Source of the DNA: a virus
Strand: one strand, 5' to 3'
IMG/VR virus record: IMGVR_UViG_3300032132_000001
Location: 170,573 to 234,572 of that record
Length of the DNA stretch: 64,000 bases
Made by a program: the position numbers and the translations under genes. Shown here piece after piece: positions 18,371-27,626 of this stretch (position 1 is its first letter; the number at the start of each line of letters is the position of its first letter). A model generated the notes under the pieces. The model saw only the letters and a list, made by a program, of their open reading frames with translations, was not told the DNA's origin and searched no databases.

Positions 18371-18928
18371 ATGAGCAGCGCAGCCGACGAAGCCCTAGTA
18401 GACAAGCTGAAAAGGAAGCTCAGCACAATCTATGGGCGTAAGAGACTCCTCGAATACTTCAAGCATAAGGGTTTCGAGGATCTAGAAACTTACGTTTATC
18501 CGCCGTCTCTCAACGATCTACCGCTTCTCATCCCAGAGATGCGCAATAAGATCGAAGTCGCACCATTTTCCGAGAAGATTGATCCAACCACCGGGATGGT
18601 GCAGATCGGGTGGAACCTCTTCGTCTTAGGCGTTAACCGCCAGTTCCTTGGCTTCTCGTTTCATAAGAACGCGCAGGACCTCCAACGGTCCTTCGGCGTA
18701 AACAGCAGCGAGATGCCGCAAGAAGCTAAGAAGAAGGTCTCCGATATCATCGACTTCATCATCGAGACGTTGGAGAAGAACCAGGACGGGGTGCTAGATC
18801 CGAGCCAAGCTCAGCAGACACCCGACCTGTTCAAGAACGTGGACGGCTACAGCCAGAACGACATGGCACCTCAGCCGCTTCCATCGGGTACAGCCTTCGG
18901 ATATGATAAGGCTAAACCTGTAAACTAG
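18371..18928 (+). CDS. hypothetical protein (185 aa)
   Basis: ORF track; a CAAACCTAAACT motif abuts the ATG. Confidence 0.5.
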   Translation: MSSAADEALVDKLKRKLSTIYGRKRLLEYFKHKGFEDLETYVYPPSLNDLPLLIPEMRNKIEVAPFSEKIDPTTGMVQIGWNLFVLGVNRQFLGFSFHKNAQDLQRSFGVNSSEMPQEAKKKVSDIIDFIIETLEKNQDGVLDPSQAQQTPDLFKNVDGYSQNDMAPQPLPSGTAFGYDKAKPVN

Positions 18929-19226
18929 TCGAGAGTCGGCCACTCACTAGTTCTACGATCCTATTGAAGACCTCTTTGGTCTTCTCATATGTCTCATCTG
19001 GTTGATTACTAAATAGGTCCGCGTTTTCTTCGCCTTCGGTCCAAGCCGAAACACCAAACGGCATTCCCTTCTTATAGGTAACCACTATTATGTGGTTACC
19101 GTTCCAGAAGTCTAGGAAATACGTCTGATGCTCCTGCATTGGAGTATCTATCTTATGCTTGATATGAGGATATAGCTTGAGAACGTCATTCGCTATACCC
19201 TCGCAGATCTGACCACCAGATGGCAT
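18912..19226 (-). CDS. hypothetical protein (104 aa)
   Basis: ORF track; convergent with the upstream plus-strand gene. Confidence 0.4.
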   Translation of the reverse strand: MPSGGQICEGIANDVLKLYPHIKHKIDTPMQEHQTYFLDFWNGNHIIVVTYKKGMPFGVSAWTEGEENADLFSNQPDETYEKTKEVFNRIVELVSGRLSTSLQV

Positions 19227-19236
19227 CTGATCTATC

Positions 19237-20766
19237 CTAAAAGTCCGGAGTCAAGCCCTCTGCCAATAGATGGCACTTGATAGCAGAGAACGCTTCCTCT
19301 ACCTCTCTCTGGCTCTTTCCCAGGAACTGCATCACGTGGTTCTTGTGGATGCGTTCTGTGCGGAACTCTTTGTAGTAAGCATCCGGAGTGTGGACGATCA
19401 AATCCAACACCTCGCGAGCGTTCTCCGGGAGACGGGACCGGATGACAGAAATCCGATCCAGCTCATCGATGATTTGCTCACTGTAGACTGTGATGTCAGG
19501 CTTGGCCTTGTACTCACAGAAGTCGCGGAAGTTGTTGGAATCGTCGTCAGGACCATCCAGACTCACGTGTTTCACGAACGCTTTCTTCACCTTCAGACGA
19601 GTGATCATCTTGGCGTAGAATCTGTCGTTCAAGTTGAACAGAGGTGTGATGTGAATCTGATTGTGGCTAGTGGCTACATTTACTCCCATCGGCTCGAACT
19701 CATCCTTGAGTTCGGCGATCTGGAGGATCATCCTCTGAGGAATCAGACCGGTCTCACAGAAGATCGTGTGGCTGTGATCCTCAGAGAGCGTGCTGTGCTC
19801 TACCTTGTTCTTCTTCCTGTTCTTCTCATCGGTCAGTAGCTCGCAGATCATCTCCATCAAGACATCGTCTGCAGGGCTGCTCAGTTCCAATTCCTCCTTG
19901 ATTGACGGAGGTTTGTTTTCCTTGAGGATCTGCTTGAGATAGTTGAACAAGTAGGTCTGGAAGAACTTCTTCCTCTTGATGTAGTCTCCCTTGATGATCT
20001 TCTCACACTGAGAACAAGACGACTCCACCGGATCTCCGTCGTGCTGCTCTTTCCACGTGTGAGGCAGGTGGATGTCGCCGTCCGAGTTGGGGACCTTATG
20101 CTTGCGGATGTTATTGCAGGTGAATGTCACCTCGCTGGCGATCTCGGGCTTGGGCTCCCACGAGATATCCAGGTCACCCAGACACTCTTGCTCTGCGTGG
20201 ACAATGTGGACCTTCTTTTCGATCAGGCACTCAGGGCAGACCTTGATCTTGAACAGATCACCCTTTCTCACTTTGTCGATTTCTTTCTGGTCCTTAGGGC
20301 TGATCTCGTAATTGTTGAGGTCGTTGTCCTCTAACCATTTGGTGTTGATTACTGTGGGTTTGCAGGTGCCGTGTGGTTTCCCTGTCACCCCTTTGGATCC
20401 CTCGCCCCTCGGTTGATCACACCAATACTTCAGCGTGCGGACACAGTAGCTGGGTATCTCGTATGTTGTGGTGTATGATTTAGCGCACCGTTGGCATTTT
20501 CTAGACTCGTGGTAGAGCACCATGAGCCCGGCCCGCCAAAAAGTGACATGGGCGTCCTGCATGCCTGCTTCGTAATCTCTGTATTCGTTACCGATGGTCC
20601 GAGCTAGAGCCATGCAGAATTCGCTCAGACCGTTGCGAATCAGCGGGCAGGACCATGCCTGCATCATTAGCCGCTGGACCTTGTCTTTATCTTCCTGGGG
20701 GAGTTCTTTCGCGGTAGTGTACATCAGATTGCCGCGAAGGTAAAGCTTGGCGAGTTGGCCTCCCAT
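19237..20766 (-). CDS. multi-Zn-ribbon protein (509 aa), function unknown; divergent from the gp55-like sigma gene
   Basis: ORF track; several CxxC pairs (CQRCAKS, CPEC, CSQCEK); no catalytic motif recognised. Confidence 0.55.
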   Translation of the reverse strand: MGGQLAKLYLRGNLMYTTAKELPQEDKDKVQRLMMQAWSCPLIRNGLSEFCMALARTIGNEYRDYEAGMQDAHVTFWRAGLMVLYHESRKCQRCAKSYTTTYEIPSYCVRTLKYWCDQPRGEGSKGVTGKPHGTCKPTVINTKWLEDNDLNNYEISPKDQKEIDKVRKGDLFKIKVCPECLIEKKVHIVHAEQECLGDLDISWEPKPEIASEVTFTCNNIRKHKVPNSDGDIHLPHTWKEQHDGDPVESSCSQCEKIIKGDYIKRKKFFQTYLFNYLKQILKENKPPSIKEELELSSPADDVLMEMICELLTDEKNRKKNKVEHSTLSEDHSHTIFCETGLIPQRMILQIAELKDEFEPMGVNVATSHNQIHITPLFNLNDRFYAKMITRLKVKKAFVKHVSLDGPDDDSNNFRDFCEYKAKPDITVYSEQIIDELDRISVIRSRLPENAREVLDLIVHTPDAYYKEFRTERIHKNHVMQFLGKSQREVEEAFSAIKCHLLAEGLTPDF

Positions 20767-20853
20767 GGGAGTCTCCTGTCTCTTTCGTTCTGGCGATTGT
20801 GGTTGTGAAGTCCCGATTTACAGTATTTGACTCTTACTTAGGAGCTATCTCAT

Positions 20854-21243
20854 ATGGCAAAAGCTAAAAAACGTAGCAACTACTACGTGGACAGCTCGGT
20901 TTTGGAGCAGCATTGGACAAAGTGGCTCAAGGACGAAGATCCTAAATCTTGGGAGGAGCTGACGGCTGGCATCTACAAGATTTGCCAGGGTGTGGCTGTC
21001 AACTTTAATCCCAAAGATGCTGACGAACATGCAGAGCTGACTCATGAGGCATTGGTATTGACGCTTGAGAAGATCAAGGACGGAAGATTGAAATTTGAAC
21101 CCGGTCGGGCTCCGGTGTTCAATCTCCTGACCACAACGATCTTCAGGCATCTGTATAGTAAGAAGAATAAGGAAAGCCGTAGGTGCCGTATTATGTCCAA
21201 TTATCGGCAGCGCCTTTTGGACGCCGCGCCACACAAAAATTAA
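20854..21243 (+). CDS. late-transcription sigma factor, T4 gp55-like
   Basis: 129 aa; collinear with T4 gp55: YYVDSSVLEQHWTKW vs NYVNNKELLQAIIDWK; ICQGVAVNFNPKD vs LIAEGLSKRFNFSGY; a helix and basic C-terminal region vs [24 protein letters not shown]. Confidence 0.55.
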   Translation: MAKAKKRSNYYVDSSVLEQHWTKWLKDEDPKSWEELTAGIYKICQGVAVNFNPKDADEHAELTHEALVLTLEKIKDGRLKFEPGRAPVFNLLTTTIFRHLYSKKNKESRRCRIMSNYRQRLLDAAPHKN

Positions 21244-21314
21244 AGCACGATCTCGGCCCGCTGTCAAGCTTCTTTTTTCGGCAGCTTTTCGGAGTGGGTA
21301 CTCAAACATAACGT

Positions 21315-22286
21315 ATGTCGAAATATCGTTTATCCCCAAAGCCAGGGATAATAAGAGTAAACAAATCGATCACTATCAGGACTGCTCCTTCTCTCCCAAA
21401 GCGGAACGGAGTCATATCCGTCCGTAGCCGAGCGACAAAGCCAGCGCATAAATTAAAACAGCGTCAGGCGGTTCCGTCAACCCCTGTTCCCCGCTCAGCT
21501 CACGAACGTCCAAATACAAAGAAAGCGGATCGTATTATTCGACGCCACCGTAAACATGAGGTGGTTAACCCACGCCGACGTACCTCATCAGTACTGAGAG
21601 ACCGGCAACGCGATATTCTCTCCAAGTACACTGACAAGGTTAGAAACCTTAGGGACGTTGGAAAGGGTAAGGTACTAGTAATTGTTGCTTGTGGTCCTTC
21701 TATTCTCCAGGCTGAGATTGGTCGCCTAAAGAACCATCCGCTCATAGACACTATGTCTATCAATAAGCCCGATAAGAGGGTGTGGCCCTCCACTTATTGG
21801 GTATTTTGTGACTATAGCCAGTACAACCGGAATAGGGAAATTTGGGATCCTTATCGTGGAACGATCCTCAACCCGTCATCTATGAGAGCCAGGCATCCGA
21901 ACCAGATTCTCATCAAGAATCTTGGAGGTAAGGGATTCTCCAAGAACCTTCTGAAGGGATATCATATTGGTCGTTCCACTACGTTCGCCAACATGCAAAC
22001 TGCGCTGTGGATGAACTATGATAAGATTTATATCTTCGGGTGTGATATGACCGACGTGAACGGTCGAATGCATTACTATGGCCAGAACCCCGACGTCGAA
22101 GATGCCAACCGGATGAAGAGGTTTGGCACAGAAGCCGAGTATTACATGCACGCAGCAGATACCATGACGGAAGTGGAGAGAGCCAAGTTTGTCTTCTGTT
22201 CATCCTACAATAAATGGCCGTTCGTGAAGAAGTTCCAGCAGCTTGACCAGACAAAAGCTGTAGATCATATTCTTTCAAATATATAG
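21315..22286 (+). CDS. GT42/DUF115-like (Maf/Cst-type) putative glycosyltransferase
   Basis: 323 aa; VLVIVACGPSILQAEI and YIFGCDMT resemble Cst-I-type IIAGNGPSLKEID and YLSGIDFY. It sits at the position the alpha-glucosyltransferase occupies next to gene 55 in T4. Confidence 0.35.
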   Translation: MSKYRLSPKPGIIRVNKSITIRTAPSLPKRNGVISVRSRATKPAHKLKQRQAVPSTPVPRSAHERPNTKKADRIIRRHRKHEVVNPRRRTSSVLRDRQRDILSKYTDKVRNLRDVGKGKVLVIVACGPSILQAEIGRLKNHPLIDTMSINKPDKRVWPSTYWVFCDYSQYNRNREIWDPYRGTILNPSSMRARHPNQILIKNLGGKGFSKNLLKGYHIGRSTTFANMQTALWMNYDKIYIFGCDMTDVNGRMHYYGQNPDVEDANRMKRFGTEAEYYMHAADTMTEVERAKFVFCSSYNKWPFVKKFQQLDQTKAVDHILSNI

Positions 22287-22297
22287 CGGAGGATCAA

Positions 22298-22537
22298 ATG
22301 GCCAAGAAGAAAGTATCATCCCCGCAACGCCGCAAGCAAAAAACTGCCCATGGCGCTCATGGCGGGAACAACGAATATGAACTAGAAGAGATCGATAGCG
22401 CCTTCAAGGTGCACGACTATCTCCAAAAAGACAAAGACAAACCAGAAGACGCCAAAGCCCTTGCTCTAAACAAGGAAGCCGGCTACAATGAGAGTCTGCG
22501 CAGAGTAGAAGCTCTCCTTGAAACCAAATCAGCTTGA
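22298..22537 (+). CDS. hypothetical protein (79 aa)
   Basis: ORF track. Confidence 0.4.
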   Translation: MAKKKVSSPQRRKQKTAHGAHGGNNEYELEEIDSAFKVHDYLQKDKDKPEDAKALALNKEAGYNESLRRVEALLETKSA

Positions 22538-22566
22538 TCTAATACCACGTCTGTATCTGATCCCCT

Positions 22567-23169
22567 ATGAAACTATTAAAGGGGACTCGTTGTTATCTTG
22601 CCGGCCCGGTTGACAACGACGAAAACGCCGACAGTTGGCGTAACCAGATCACCTCAAGCCTCCTAGTCCCCTTAGGGATTACGGTCTACGATCCGCTAGT
22701 GAAAGCGGAGTGGATGACTGATAAAACTAAAGTCAACCCACGCTTGTACTATGAGCACCTCTACAGTGGCGAGATTGCTAGGCAAGAATACGTCTTTGAC
22801 GCTCTAGCAGAACTCAGAGCTGTATGCATGGCGGCCGTCAGCGCAGCTGAGTTTATCATCTGCCATCTCCCCAAGACCACATTTACTTGGGGCACTATCG
22901 ATGAAATCCAGCATATGAGGAAGAGCAACAAGCCAGTGTTTTTCCATGCGCCAGACGGAGTACCGTCTACATGGGGCCTTGAACAATTCGCGAAACCCTA
23001 CAACTGGGAGCAGGTATTTTTCAAGAATTGGCATGATCTTACGGAACACATCCTACAGATAGATAATGGTGAAGTAGAACTGGACCCGATACAGTGGTTT
23101 TCGGTGGCCCACGAACAGGATAAATTGAAGCTATGGAACTTTACACGATCACTAGCCGCTTCGAGATAA
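22567..23169 (+). CDS. nucleoside 2-deoxyribosyltransferase-family protein (NDT/DNPH1-like; possible dNMP N-hydrolase)
   Basis: 200 aa; N-terminal CYLAGPVDND (family motif YLAG/YFGA-P); putative catalytic Glu in TWGTIDEIQHMRKSNKPVFF, aligning with L. leichmannii NDT GLGMELGYA. Confidence 0.5.
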   Translation: MKLLKGTRCYLAGPVDNDENADSWRNQITSSLLVPLGITVYDPLVKAEWMTDKTKVNPRLYYEHLYSGEIARQEYVFDALAELRAVCMAAVSAAEFIICHLPKTTFTWGTIDEIQHMRKSNKPVFFHAPDGVPSTWGLEQFAKPYNWEQVFFKNWHDLTEHILQIDNGEVELDPIQWFSVAHEQDKLKLWNFTRSLAASR

Positions 23170-23888
23170 ATGTTCTCGAATCTAATGTAAACCCAATCAC
23201 AGCAGCAGATTGGGCTCAGAAGCACCGATGCCCCGCTGTCGTGGTCGGCCCACAGCACGTTGCGCCCCTCATGGCGAACAGAGCCGCAAAGAGCGGCCAG
23301 TATCACATCATCGCAGCTCTTGATTTCCCAAAGGGTAGCCATTTTGCGATGGACAAGCTCCGAATCGCAGGCCAAGATTTTAGCGTATGTGATGGGGTAG
23401 ACGTCCTGCTCACGGGTGGTCGCACCCAGGTAGAGACGCGGAACGAAATCAAGGCGCTCTATGAATTCCTACGTGCTATGAACATGTACGAGATACGTTA
23501 TGTTCTGGGCGCATACACGCGCTCGCGTGAGGAACTAGTAAACATGCTTGTAGGCATGAAACAGTTCCCGCCACGATGGATTCGACTTGACCAACACATG
23601 CGGAAACCCAATGTCGCGACCGGCCATCACAAGGGGATGGCCGAGCTTTTCAAGCTGCACATGCCCACGCCCCTAAAGGTGGGATGCAATGTTGACTGGG
23701 ACACAGTCAAGGCTCTAAGAGATACCAAATTCCGCTTTGATGTCACGCTCGACCAGGCAATCGGCATCGTGAAGGATTATGAGAAGGAAGAACGAGAGAA
23801 AGCTGAGCAAAAGCGGCTGGACTTGGCTGCCGTAGCAGAAAAGGCAATCAAGGAAGCTGATAAAGTACAGCTTCACGATGCGGATTGA
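23133..23888 (+). CDS. TIM-barrel protein with weak DeoC (deoxyribose-phosphate aldolase)-like features
   Basis: 251 aa; IIAALDFPKG vs DeoC IATVTNFPHG. The position of the DeoC Schiff-base Lys (FIKTSTGK) reads WIRLDQH, so activity is uncertain. Overlaps the NDT-like gene by 37 nt. Confidence 0.3.
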   Translation: MELYTITSRFEINVLESNVNPITAADWAQKHRCPAVVVGPQHVAPLMANRAAKSGQYHIIAALDFPKGSHFAMDKLRIAGQDFSVCDGVDVLLTGGRTQVETRNEIKALYEFLRAMNMYEIRYVLGAYTRSREELVNMLVGMKQFPPRWIRLDQHMRKPNVATGHHKGMAELFKLHMPTPLKVGCNVDWDTVKALRDTKFRFDVTLDQAIGIVKDYEKEEREKAEQKRLDLAAVAEKAIKEADKVQLHDAD

Positions 23889-24237
23889 GGCGGCTTGCCC
23901 AAAGTGTGGGAAGCTCAACGTCCTGATCTCTGAAGGCTGGCATGACGTTGGGTTCATGCCAGTGGAGTGTTCTAACTGCTTAGTCCTCTATTGGGGCGAA
24001 GTGTTCTCCGATATAGAAAAGAGCGTAATATCGGAGACCAAGCAGTTTCTCAAAGAAGAGATCCCGGAGCTTGAAGAGGGCACTGAGGTGTTCTTGATCC
24101 ATCGTGACCACAAATACCACCTAGAGCCAGGGGTGGTAATAGATAGAGATCACAAACACTATAGGATCAAGTTTCACGACGACAAGGTGATTTGGTTTCC
24201 TTCCAATCTGGTCCAGAAGATCCCGGATGAATTATGA
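23878..24237 (+). CDS. Zn-ribbon protein (119 aa)
   Basis: ORF track; CPKCGK...ECSNC. Confidence 0.4.
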   Translation: MRIEAACPKCGKLNVLISEGWHDVGFMPVECSNCLVLYWGEVFSDIEKSVISETKQFLKEEIPELEEGTEVFLIHRDHKYHLEPGVVIDRDHKHYRIKFHDDKVIWFPSNLVQKIPDEL

Positions 24238-24971
24238 TCATAGCAGGGACTGATACCGAAACCACCGGGCTAGATCCAAAGAAAGACGAGATAGTAGAAC
24301 TCGCTCTTTGGGTTTGTGATACTAGAGATCCTAGCTCACCATTATTCGCATATAGTACCCTGTTCGATGTGAACAGATGGAATCCAGAAGTAGCCAAGAT
24401 TCATAAAATCCCAGAAGAGATGTCAAAGCTAGGGATCGACACCGCCGATATAGATCCATATGAAATGTTAGCTGCCTATGACCCTCAATATGTCCTAGCC
24501 CATCGTGCTACATTCGATTTTGAATTTATGATGGAGCATTGGCCAGAGGTAAAAAGGTGGAACTGGATGTGTTCTAAGTTCGACCTACCCCATGAAGATA
24601 TCATAGGAAAGTATAGGTCGAGCAGGCTGATGCACTTGGCTGTTGACTATGGCCTGCCTGTGACGAGCTGGCACCGCGCCATGGTTGATGCTCAGAAGGT
24701 CTGCGAAATTGCATCGTTCCACAATTTGAATGCGGCATATGAACGTTCTCTGGAGCCTACTTTCCAAATCAAGGCGTGGGGTAAATACTCCATCGACCAC
24801 AAGGAAAAGCTGAAGGAAGAGAAGTTCTGGTGGAACTCAGAAGAACGCAAGTGGGTGAAAGAGCACATCGTATCTGATGAGCTTGAACGCCTGGTTGATC
24901 TCGCTAACGAACGGGATGACTGGGAGGTAGAAGTAGAAGAACACCCACCCCGGAGCTATAATGCAGATTAA
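24234..24971 (+). CDS. DnaQ-like 3'-5' exonuclease, DEDDh family (T4 DexA-like)
   Basis: 245 aa; exo I GTDTETTGLD, exo II HRATFDFEFM, exo III WHRAMVDAQ. Confidence 0.7.
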   Translation: MIIAGTDTETTGLDPKKDEIVELALWVCDTRDPSSPLFAYSTLFDVNRWNPEVAKIHKIPEEMSKLGIDTADIDPYEMLAAYDPQYVLAHRATFDFEFMMEHWPEVKRWNWMCSKFDLPHEDIIGKYRSSRLMHLAVDYGLPVTSWHRAMVDAQKVCEIASFHNLNAAYERSLEPTFQIKAWGKYSIDHKEKLKEEKFWWNSEERKWVKEHIVSDELERLVDLANERDDWEVEVEEHPPRSYNAD

Positions 24972-25872
24972 AGAACCCAAAGTCGCTTTCGTAGCAGCTA
25001 GTGATATCGAACGGGAAGGGCTGGAAGCATACCTGGAAGACATCGGAGCCCCAGAATTTGAGTTGAATGCGCCCTCCGGGGCGGAACAGCTCGTCACTAT
25101 CGGCGGAAAGCTCTGCTACAAGTCTTTTGCCCCTGGGCTCAACCCGAACGTCTCCAAAGTCCGCAACGATAACGAACAATATATCGGAAATATCAACAAA
25201 GTAGGGCATGGCAGTGTGGTGGAACACGCCAACGTCTCTTTCATCTTCTGGAATGTCAGCCGCGTCTTCACGCACGAGCTGGTGCGACATCGGGCCGGTA
25301 CTGCGATGTCACAAGAGTCGCTACGATACGTCCGTCTCACTGACCTATCGTTTTGGGTTCCGCAGATCATCGACAAACACGACAATGAGAAGGGAGAAGG
25401 CCGCAGCTTGATGCTGAATACGGTCATCTACCTCGAAGAAGTCCAGAAGAAGCTGGCTGAGATCTATGGTATCGAAGATATCAAGAATTTCGGTCTGAAG
25501 AAGAAGCTCACCTCAGCGTTCCGCCGCGTAGCTCCGATTGGGCTCGGTACTGCTATCATGTGGACCATGAACTTGCGAGCCGCTCGTCACCTGATTCAGA
25601 TTCGCACTTCTCGCCACGCCGAAGAAGAGATCCGGATGGTGTTCGACCAGGTTGCTCAGACCTTGGTAGAGAAATACCCCAACATGTTCCAAGACTTCGA
25701 TCGCTCTGAAGTGGATGGGCATGGCGAGTGGGTAGCAGAGCACGCGTCGATGCCATACGACTCCGAGAAAATCACGAAGCTCAAGAAGCAGATTGAGAAG
25801 CTAAAGACCGAAAACAGAGGACTGCGGGCGGCTCAAATGGAAGAGGGTTGCGGTCTCAAAGCGTACGATTGA
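24961..25872 (+). CDS. thyX: flavin-dependent thymidylate synthase ThyX
   Basis: 303 aa; ThyX motif RHRAGTAMSQESLRY (RHRx7-8S); a second copy of the fold in the C-terminal half (LRAARHLIQIRTSRHA). Confidence 0.8.
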   Translation: MQIKEPKVAFVAASDIEREGLEAYLEDIGAPEFELNAPSGAEQLVTIGGKLCYKSFAPGLNPNVSKVRNDNEQYIGNINKVGHGSVVEHANVSFIFWNVSRVFTHELVRHRAGTAMSQESLRYVRLTDLSFWVPQIIDKHDNEKGEGRSLMLNTVIYLEEVQKKLAEIYGIEDIKNFGLKKKLTSAFRRVAPIGLGTAIMWTMNLRAARHLIQIRTSRHAEEEIRMVFDQVAQTLVEKYPNMFQDFDRSEVDGHGEWVAEHASMPYDSEKITKLKKQIEKLKTENRGLRAAQMEEGCGLKAYD

Positions 25873-25880
25873 GGTGAGCG

Positions 25881-26036
25881 ATGTTTGAAGGTAAAGACTT
25901 CTGGATCGCCTGGGCGTTTGTAACTGTTGGCATCTTTGTCAGCATCGCTGTGTGCATATCAGTTGCAAACATTAGCCAGTTTTGGCTCCTTCTAGGGTTG
26001 CTCCCTTTGTCTATACCATTCGCAAAGGACAAGTAG
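25881..26036 (+). CDS. small hydrophobic (2-TM) protein, 51 aa; below the ORF-track size cutoff
   Basis: Own translation MFEGKDFWIAWAFVTVGIFVSIAVCISVANISQFWLLLGLLPLSIPFAKDK; GAGGTGAG RBS 5 nt upstream of the ATG. Confidence 0.4.
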   Translation: MFEGKDFWIAWAFVTVGIFVSIAVCISVANISQFWLLLGLLPLSIPFAKDK

Positions 26037-26037
26037 C

Positions 26038-26241
26038 ATGGACATGTTTCCTATCATTGCCAAGTTGAAGAGATCTACTGGTATGACCCGGGTAGTGCCT
26101 ATGGGTGATGCTTCTGGGCTGTTCAGAATCGAAGCAGAATATGCTGATGGTTGGCAGCCTGTATTAGAAAACGTAACGCGCCCGGTCGCTCAATCGTTAA
26201 TTGAGCAGGCCAAGTCTACTAAGCAAGTGATTATAGACTAG
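26038..26241 (+). CDS. hypothetical protein (67 aa)
   Basis: ORF track; tightly packed between the small TM ORF and dcd. Confidence 0.4.
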   Translation: MDMFPIIAKLKRSTGMTRVVPMGDASGLFRIEAEYADGWQPVLENVTRPVAQSLIEQAKSTKQVIID

Positions 26242-26906
26242 TGTCTGAAGATCTAGATGGCGTCATGCTAGAATGGGGAAGAGAAATGTTTGACACCGAA
26301 CAGACAGAAACTCTAATGGGTCTTCTCCCTGATAATGCGATAAGCGCTCTGGCCCAAAAGGGGATGATAAGTCCGTTCGTGGAAGGGCAGAAACGAGAAG
26401 GTGTGATCTCGTACGGTCTGTCAAGCTATGGTTACGACATCCGAGTGAGCAGCGAATTCAAAATCTTCACTGACGTTCACTCTGTGTTAGTTGACCCGAA
26501 AAATTTCAACCCCAAGTCATTTGTAGATGTCGATGTGAGCGATGTGGACTCACAGGTCGTTGATCCGCAAATGAACAATGTAGCAATCATCCCGCCCAAC
26601 TCTTTTGCTCTTGCTAGAAGTGTTGAGTACTTTCGTATGCCAGACAATATCACTGGCATCGTCCTCGGCAAGAGCACGTACGCCCGCTGCGGAATCGTGA
26701 CCAACTTCACTCCGCTTGAAGCTGGATGGGAAGGCTACATCACGATCGAGATCAGCAACACGACGCCGCTCCCGGCGAAGATCTACGCCAACGAGGGCAT
26801 CGCCCAGGTGCTGTTCCTTGGAGGCGAGAGGTGTGATGTCACCTATCGTGACAAGAAGGGCAAGTATCAAGGACAAACTGGAATTACGCTGCCCAAGATC
26901 GGATGA
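26241..26906 (+). CDS. dcd: dCTP deaminase
   Basis: 221 aa; [16 protein letters not shown]; collinear with bacterial Dcd over the full length. Confidence 0.85.
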   Translation: MSEDLDGVMLEWGREMFDTEQTETLMGLLPDNAISALAQKGMISPFVEGQKREGVISYGLSSYGYDIRVSSEFKIFTDVHSVLVDPKNFNPKSFVDVDVSDVDSQVVDPQMNNVAIIPPNSFALARSVEYFRMPDNITGIVLGKSTYARCGIVTNFTPLEAGWEGYITIEISNTTPLPAKIYANEGIAQVLFLGGERCDVTYRDKKGKYQGQTGITLPKIG

Positions 26907-27112
26907 GATTCAAGCCAGGTGATAAAGTCACTTATGATGGCGGCGACGGTCCTGCTCCTGAATGTGGTATTATTCTCCACACGTGGGTTGATGACCATGG
27001 CGATGAAGATTGTTACATTGCCTTTTTCGGTTTTCGGTTCCCGGAACCGGGCATAAAACCCGAAAAACCCTATGTCCTACGATACTTCGCTAAGAGCCTG
27101 ACTGCCGTCTAG
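26903..27112 (+). CDS. hypothetical protein (69 aa)
   Basis: ORF track; ATGA overlap with the dcd stop. Confidence 0.4.
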   Translation: MRFKPGDKVTYDGGDGPAPECGIILHTWVDDHGDEDCYIAFFGFRFPEPGIKPEKPYVLRYFAKSLTAV

Positions 27113-27524
27113 CGGCTCGTTTCTCAGCAGCTCTCCGAGTCATTTCTTTTTGCAGCACCCTGAAGGTATACCCTCTCTGGCGAGCTGCTTTACCTACTGC
27201 GTTCGAGAATGATTCTCCTTCTTTACGCAGTGCTTCCACATGATCTACAGCATCATTATATTTTGGGTTACCGTACTGTGTACGACCCTTCGGTTTGGGC
27301 TTTGGTCGTAATTTAGCTTTAGCGGCGCGTTTTTCTCGCCTCTTCTTATTCTTGATTTTCCTTCGGCGCTCTTCTTCCCGGAACCGTTTCATCTTCTCCT
27401 CCCATTCTTTTTCGTGCGCCGCTAGCATCTCCCTTTCAGATTGAGTCTCGAATTCCTTACCCGCTTCGCCCTCGGGCCAATCCAAGCGTTCCCCATTCCC
27501 TTCGAACAGTAATCTCAATCGCAT
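27090..27524 (-). CDS. Lys/Arg/Glu-rich basic protein (144 aa); histone-like or nucleic-acid-binding candidate
   Basis: ORF track; KRFREEERRRKIKNKKRREKRAAKAKLRPKPKPKGR. Confidence 0.45.
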   Translation of the reverse strand: MRLRLLFEGNGERLDWPEGEAGKEFETQSEREMLAAHEKEWEEKMKRFREEERRRKIKNKKRREKRAAKAKLRPKPKPKGRTQYGNPKYNDAVDHVEALRKEGESFSNAVGKAARQRGYTFRVLQKEMTRRAAEKRAARRQSGS

Positions 27525-27558
27525 ATTCTAAGTTTGATCCTCCTAGGGATATTGAAAG

Positions 27559-27606
27559 AGTGACACTTTTAGCAAATATAATTTGTCACATGTGATGGTA
27601 CGTACC
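27559..27606. promoter_or_regulatory. divergent control region: GTGACA-N19-TGTCAC inverted repeat around an AAATATAAT core, plus CACATGTG and GGTACGTACC palindromes
   Basis: Read directly; lies between the starts of 27090..27524 (-) and 27627..28013 (+). Confidence 0.4.
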
Positions 27607-27626
27607 AATACAAAAGGGAGTTACAG

